Of a stretch of DNA of 64,000 bases, positions 60,246-64,000 are shown in pieces. Position 1 is the first letter of the stretch; every line of letters starts with the position of its first letter. This DNA comes from Heptranchias perlo (taxonomy: Eukaryota): contig NW_027139217.1 of assembly GCF_035084215.1 (NCBI RefSeq), positions 1-64,000 on the forward strand, given 5' to 3'. The notes under the pieces were generated by a model. It saw only the letters and a list, made by a program, of their open reading frames with translations, searched no databases and was not told the DNA's origin. A program made the position numbers and the translations under genes.

Positions 60246-62147
60246 TAAAAGGACCACACCCTTCCTCTTAAAGGGGAGGTCTCCTTAAAAGGGCCACTCC
60301 CTTATTTGGGGATCAGGGCCCTCCCTTACACATCCTCCCCCCATCATAGACCCCTAGGCTCTGGCTGCTCGCTCCGCGAGGCAATACCCCCGGGAGAGGG
60401 CATCGGAGTTACCGTGTGCCACTCCCGCCCGGTGTTCCACCTCGAAACAATCGGGCTGGAGTGACGAAATCCACCGGGTAACCCGGGCATTTTTCTCACT
60501 GTTGGACCACATCCATTTGAGGGGCACGTGATTGGTCACGAGGAGAAGCTGGTACCCCAACAGGTGGTGTTTTAAGGGTTTCTACCGCCCATTTAATTGG
60601 TGGGCACTCCTTCTCTGCCGTAGCGTGTTGCTGCCCCCTGGCCAACAGCTTTCTGTTCAGGTCGAGCACAGGATTTCCTCCCCCTTCACCATTTGAGAGA
60701 GGACGGCCCCCAAACCACCTCGGAGGCAGCGGTTTACAAGACAAATTTTGGACTAAAGTCTGGGACCATGAGCTCAGGATCATTCACAGTGTTTGGTTCA
60801 GGTCCCTGAAAGCAGTCTCCGCCTCAGGGTCCCACCGTACAAGGTTCAGTGCCTCTGCTTTACTCGCTCGGTAAGTGGGGGGCGCGGCTCGGGGAGAAAG
60901 GCAGGAATAAAGCGGCAGGAGTAACCAACGATGCCCAAGAAAGCCCCGACTTGCTTATTCCTCGGTCGGGGCCAGGCTTTTATAGGTTCAACTCTATTTA
61001 CCTGAGACGTCACCACCCCTCCTCCTACAGCCCACCCTCGGTAGTCGGCCTCCGACAACACCAGGTGGCCCTTGGCCGGGTTTGCCGTGAGCCCAATCTT
61101 TCTTAGGCTGTGTAATCCAGCCTCTCCTCCAGGTAAATGGGATCACCAGTCTGTACTATAAATAATGGCATCATCCAGATATGAGGCTGCACCCCGGGTA
61201 TGGGGGTCCCAACACTTGGTCCATGAGCCTTTGGAAGGTGACTGGGCCCCCATGGAATCCAAATGCCATGACGGTGAATGGGAGAGCCCCTCGGGAACCC
61301 CGAAACACGGGTTTCCTTTTGCAGCCTCTGTTAAAGGGATCTGCCAGCACCCCTTGGTCAGATCGAAGGGGGTAAGATCAAAGGGGCCTTCGCCAATCTC
61401 TCAATCAACTCATCCCCCCGGGGCATCGGGAAAGCATCGGATTTCAATCCTCATTCAGTTTCCGAAAGTCATTTCAGAATCGCCAATTCCCATCGGGATT
61501 CAGAACCAACACAATGGGGCTGCTCCGTTCACCGTGATTCTTCAATCACCCCGAAGATCAACACCCTCGGAATCTCCTGGCGAACCTCCCTCCGTTTGGC
61601 TTCTGGGATTCGGTCCGGTCTGACCTTTATTGTCACTCCTGGTGGTGTCACCAGGTGAGAGCAGATGGCCCCCGTCCTCCCAGGCCCAGATGTGAATACA
61701 TTGCAGGTTCCATCTCCCAGGTGCTGAGCCTGCCTGCACTGATCCTCAGGCAGCTCACTAGAGAGGTGAACTGGGCTTTGTACCTTGGAGCCAGGGCCCC
61801 CCTAGTGCTTTCTCCATCACTGCGAGGGCCTCTCTCTCTCCATGGCTTCAGGAGGGGCACATGGTCTTTCTGGTCAGGCTTCCTTCTCTGAGGTTGCCTG
61901 ACCTTATAGTTCACTGGGCCCACAGCCTCTAGAACCTCCTAAAGTCCCTGCCACCCTGCAAAGAGCTTGTTTCAGGTGTGGGAACGAGGACCGTAACTCG
62001 GTCTCCTGGTCGGAACCTCCTGACTGCAGCCTCTCTTACACTGGGCTCTCTGCTCTTCCTGCACCCTCTCGAAATGAGCCCTCACTATGGGGGGAACCGC
62101 CTCAATCCGCGCCCCATCTTCACTCTGTGCTCAATAATATTATTGGA
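60246..62147 (-). mobile_element. Gmr1-like gypsy LTR retrotransposon remnant (IN C-terminus, RT, RNase H, PPT, partial 3' LTR)
   Basis: FRPGDRV..VGPVNYKVRQP..HVPLLKPW lies upstream of WSSPIVL, DLTKGCWQIPL, FHGAQSPSKG (degenerate), YLDD and HRAGVAHGNSDALSR; GGGGGGAGGA|TGTGTAAG at ~60332. Confidence 0.85.
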
Positions 62148-62148
62148 G

Positions 62149-64000
62149 GACCGAGGCCCCTCCCTCCCCGCCCGAGGCCCCTCCCTCCCCGACCGAGGCC
62201 CCTCCCTCCCCGACCGAGGCCCCTCCCTCCCGACCGAGGCCCCTCCCTCCCCGACCGAGGCCCCTCCCTCCCTGACCGAGGCCCCTCCCTCCCCGACCGA
62301 GGCCCCTCCCTCCCCGACCGAGGCCCCTCCCTCCCTGACCGAGGCCCCTCCCTCCCCGACCGAGGCCCCTCCCTCCCCGACCGAGGCCCCTCCCTCCCTG
62401 ACCGAGGCCCCTCCCTCCCCGACCGAGGCCCCTCCCTCCCCGACCGAGGCCCCTCCCTCCCCGACCGAGGCCCCTCCCTCCCCGACCGAGGCCCCTCCCT
62501 CCCTGACCGAGGCCCCTCCCTCCCCGACCGAGGCCCCTCCCTCCCCGACCGAGGCCCCTCCCTCCCCGACCGAGGCCCCTCCCTCCCCGACCGACCGAGG
62601 CCCCTCCCTCCCCGACCGAGGCCCCTCCCTCCCCGACCGAGGCCCCTCCCTCCCTGACTGAGGCCCCTCCCTCCCTGACCGAGGCCCCTCCCTCCCCGAC
62701 CGAGGCCCCTCCCTCCCCGACCGAGGCCCCTCCCTCCCCGACCGAGGCCCCTCCCTCCCTGACCGACCGAGGCCCCTCCCTCCCCGACCGAGGCCCCTCC
62801 CTCCCCGACCGAGGCCCCTCCCTCCCCGCCCGAGGCCCCTCCCTCCTCGACCGAGGCCCCTCCCTCCCCGACCGAGGCCCCTCCCTCCCTGACCGACCGA
62901 GGCCCCTCCCCGACCGACCGAGGCCCCTCCCTCCCCGACCGAGGCCCCTCCCTCCCCGACCGAGGCCCCTCCCTCCCCGACCGACCGAGGCCCCTCCCTC
63001 CCCGACCGAGGCCCCTCCCTCCCTCCCCGACCGAGGCCCCTCCCTCCCTCCCCGACCGAGGCCCCTCCCTCCCCGACCGAGGCCCCTCCCTCCCCGACCG
63101 AGGCCCCTCCCTCCCCGACCGAGGCCCCTCCCTCCCCGACCGACCGAGGCCCCTCCCTCCCCGACCGAGGCCCCTCCCTCCCTGACCGAGGCCCCTCCCT
63201 CCCCGACCGAGGCCCCTCCCTCCCCGCCCGAGGCCCCTCCCTCCCCGACCGAGGCCCCTCCCTCCCCGACCGACCGAGGCCCCTCCCTCCCCGACCGAGG
63301 CCCCTCCCTCCCCGACCGAGGCCCCTCCCTCCCCGACCGACCGAGGCCCCTCCCTCCCCGACCGAGGCCCCTCCCTCCCTCCCCGACCGAGGCCCCTCCC
63401 TCCCTCCCCGACCGAGGCCCCTCCCTCCCCGACCGAGGCCCCTCCCTCCCCGACCGAGGCCCCTCCCTCCCCGCCCGAGGCCCCTCCCTCCCCGACCGAG
63501 GCCCCTCCCTCCCTGACCGAGGCCCCTCCCTCCCCGACCGAGGCCCCTCCCTCCCCGACCGAGGCCCCTCCCTCCCCGCCCGAGGCCCCTCCCTCCCTGA
63601 CCGAGGCCCCTCCCTCCCCGACCGACCGAGGCCCCTCCCTCCCCGACCGAGGCCCCTCCCTCCCCGACCGAGGCCCCTCCCTCCCCGACCGACCGAGGCC
63701 CCGCCCTCCCCGACCGAGGCCCCTCCCTCCCCGACCGACCGAGGCCCCGCCCTCCCCGACCGAGGCCCCTCCCTCCCCGACCGAGGCCCCTCCCTCCCGA
63801 CCGAGGCCCCTCCCTCCCCGACCGAGGCCCCTCCCTCCCCGACCGAGGCCCCTCCCTCCCCGACCGACCGAGGCCCCGCCCTCCCCGACCGAGGCCCCTC
63901 CCTCCCCGACCGATCGAGGCCCCGCCCTCCCCGACCGAGGCCCCTCCCTCCCCGACCGAGGCCCCTCCCTCCCCGACCGAGGCCCCTCCCTCCCCGACCG
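62149..64000. repeat. 21-bp GC-rich minisatellite, runs off the window
   Basis: CCGAGGCCCCTCCCTCCCCGA. Confidence 0.98.

Overview
Vertebrate genomic DNA, almost certainly a cartilaginous fish (inferred from the CR1/L2/Penelope repeat families and the MHC-I sequence). The only intact host gene found is a 7-exon MHC class I heavy-chain gene on the minus strand (ATG 56272, stop 38177; 1068 nt, 355 aa). All introns are GT-AG and phase 1, and the eight classical peptide-anchoring residues are present. An X-Y box/ISRE-type promoter lies about 2.1 kb upstream, separated from the ATG by a minisatellite. Roughly 27 kb (~40%) of the window is tandem repeat. Many arrays are local amplifications of the sequence they sit in (CR1 ORF1/ORF2, retroviral gag, and the MHC gene's own splice signals). 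Other elements: an intronless RXYLT1 (TMEM5) pseudogene fused to a CR1 3' tail and inserted into an L2 tail; a Penelope remnant with an inverted repeat and a minimal hammerhead ribozyme; a decayed LTR element with two RNase H domains and an env-like remnant; a Gmr1-type (INT-before-RT) gypsy remnant; a Harbinger Myb remnant; many CR1/L2 fragments; and a 428-nt assembly gap. Most long ORFs in the supplied track are stop-free frames of tandem repeats, not genes. All homology calls come from recalled motifs, not database searches.
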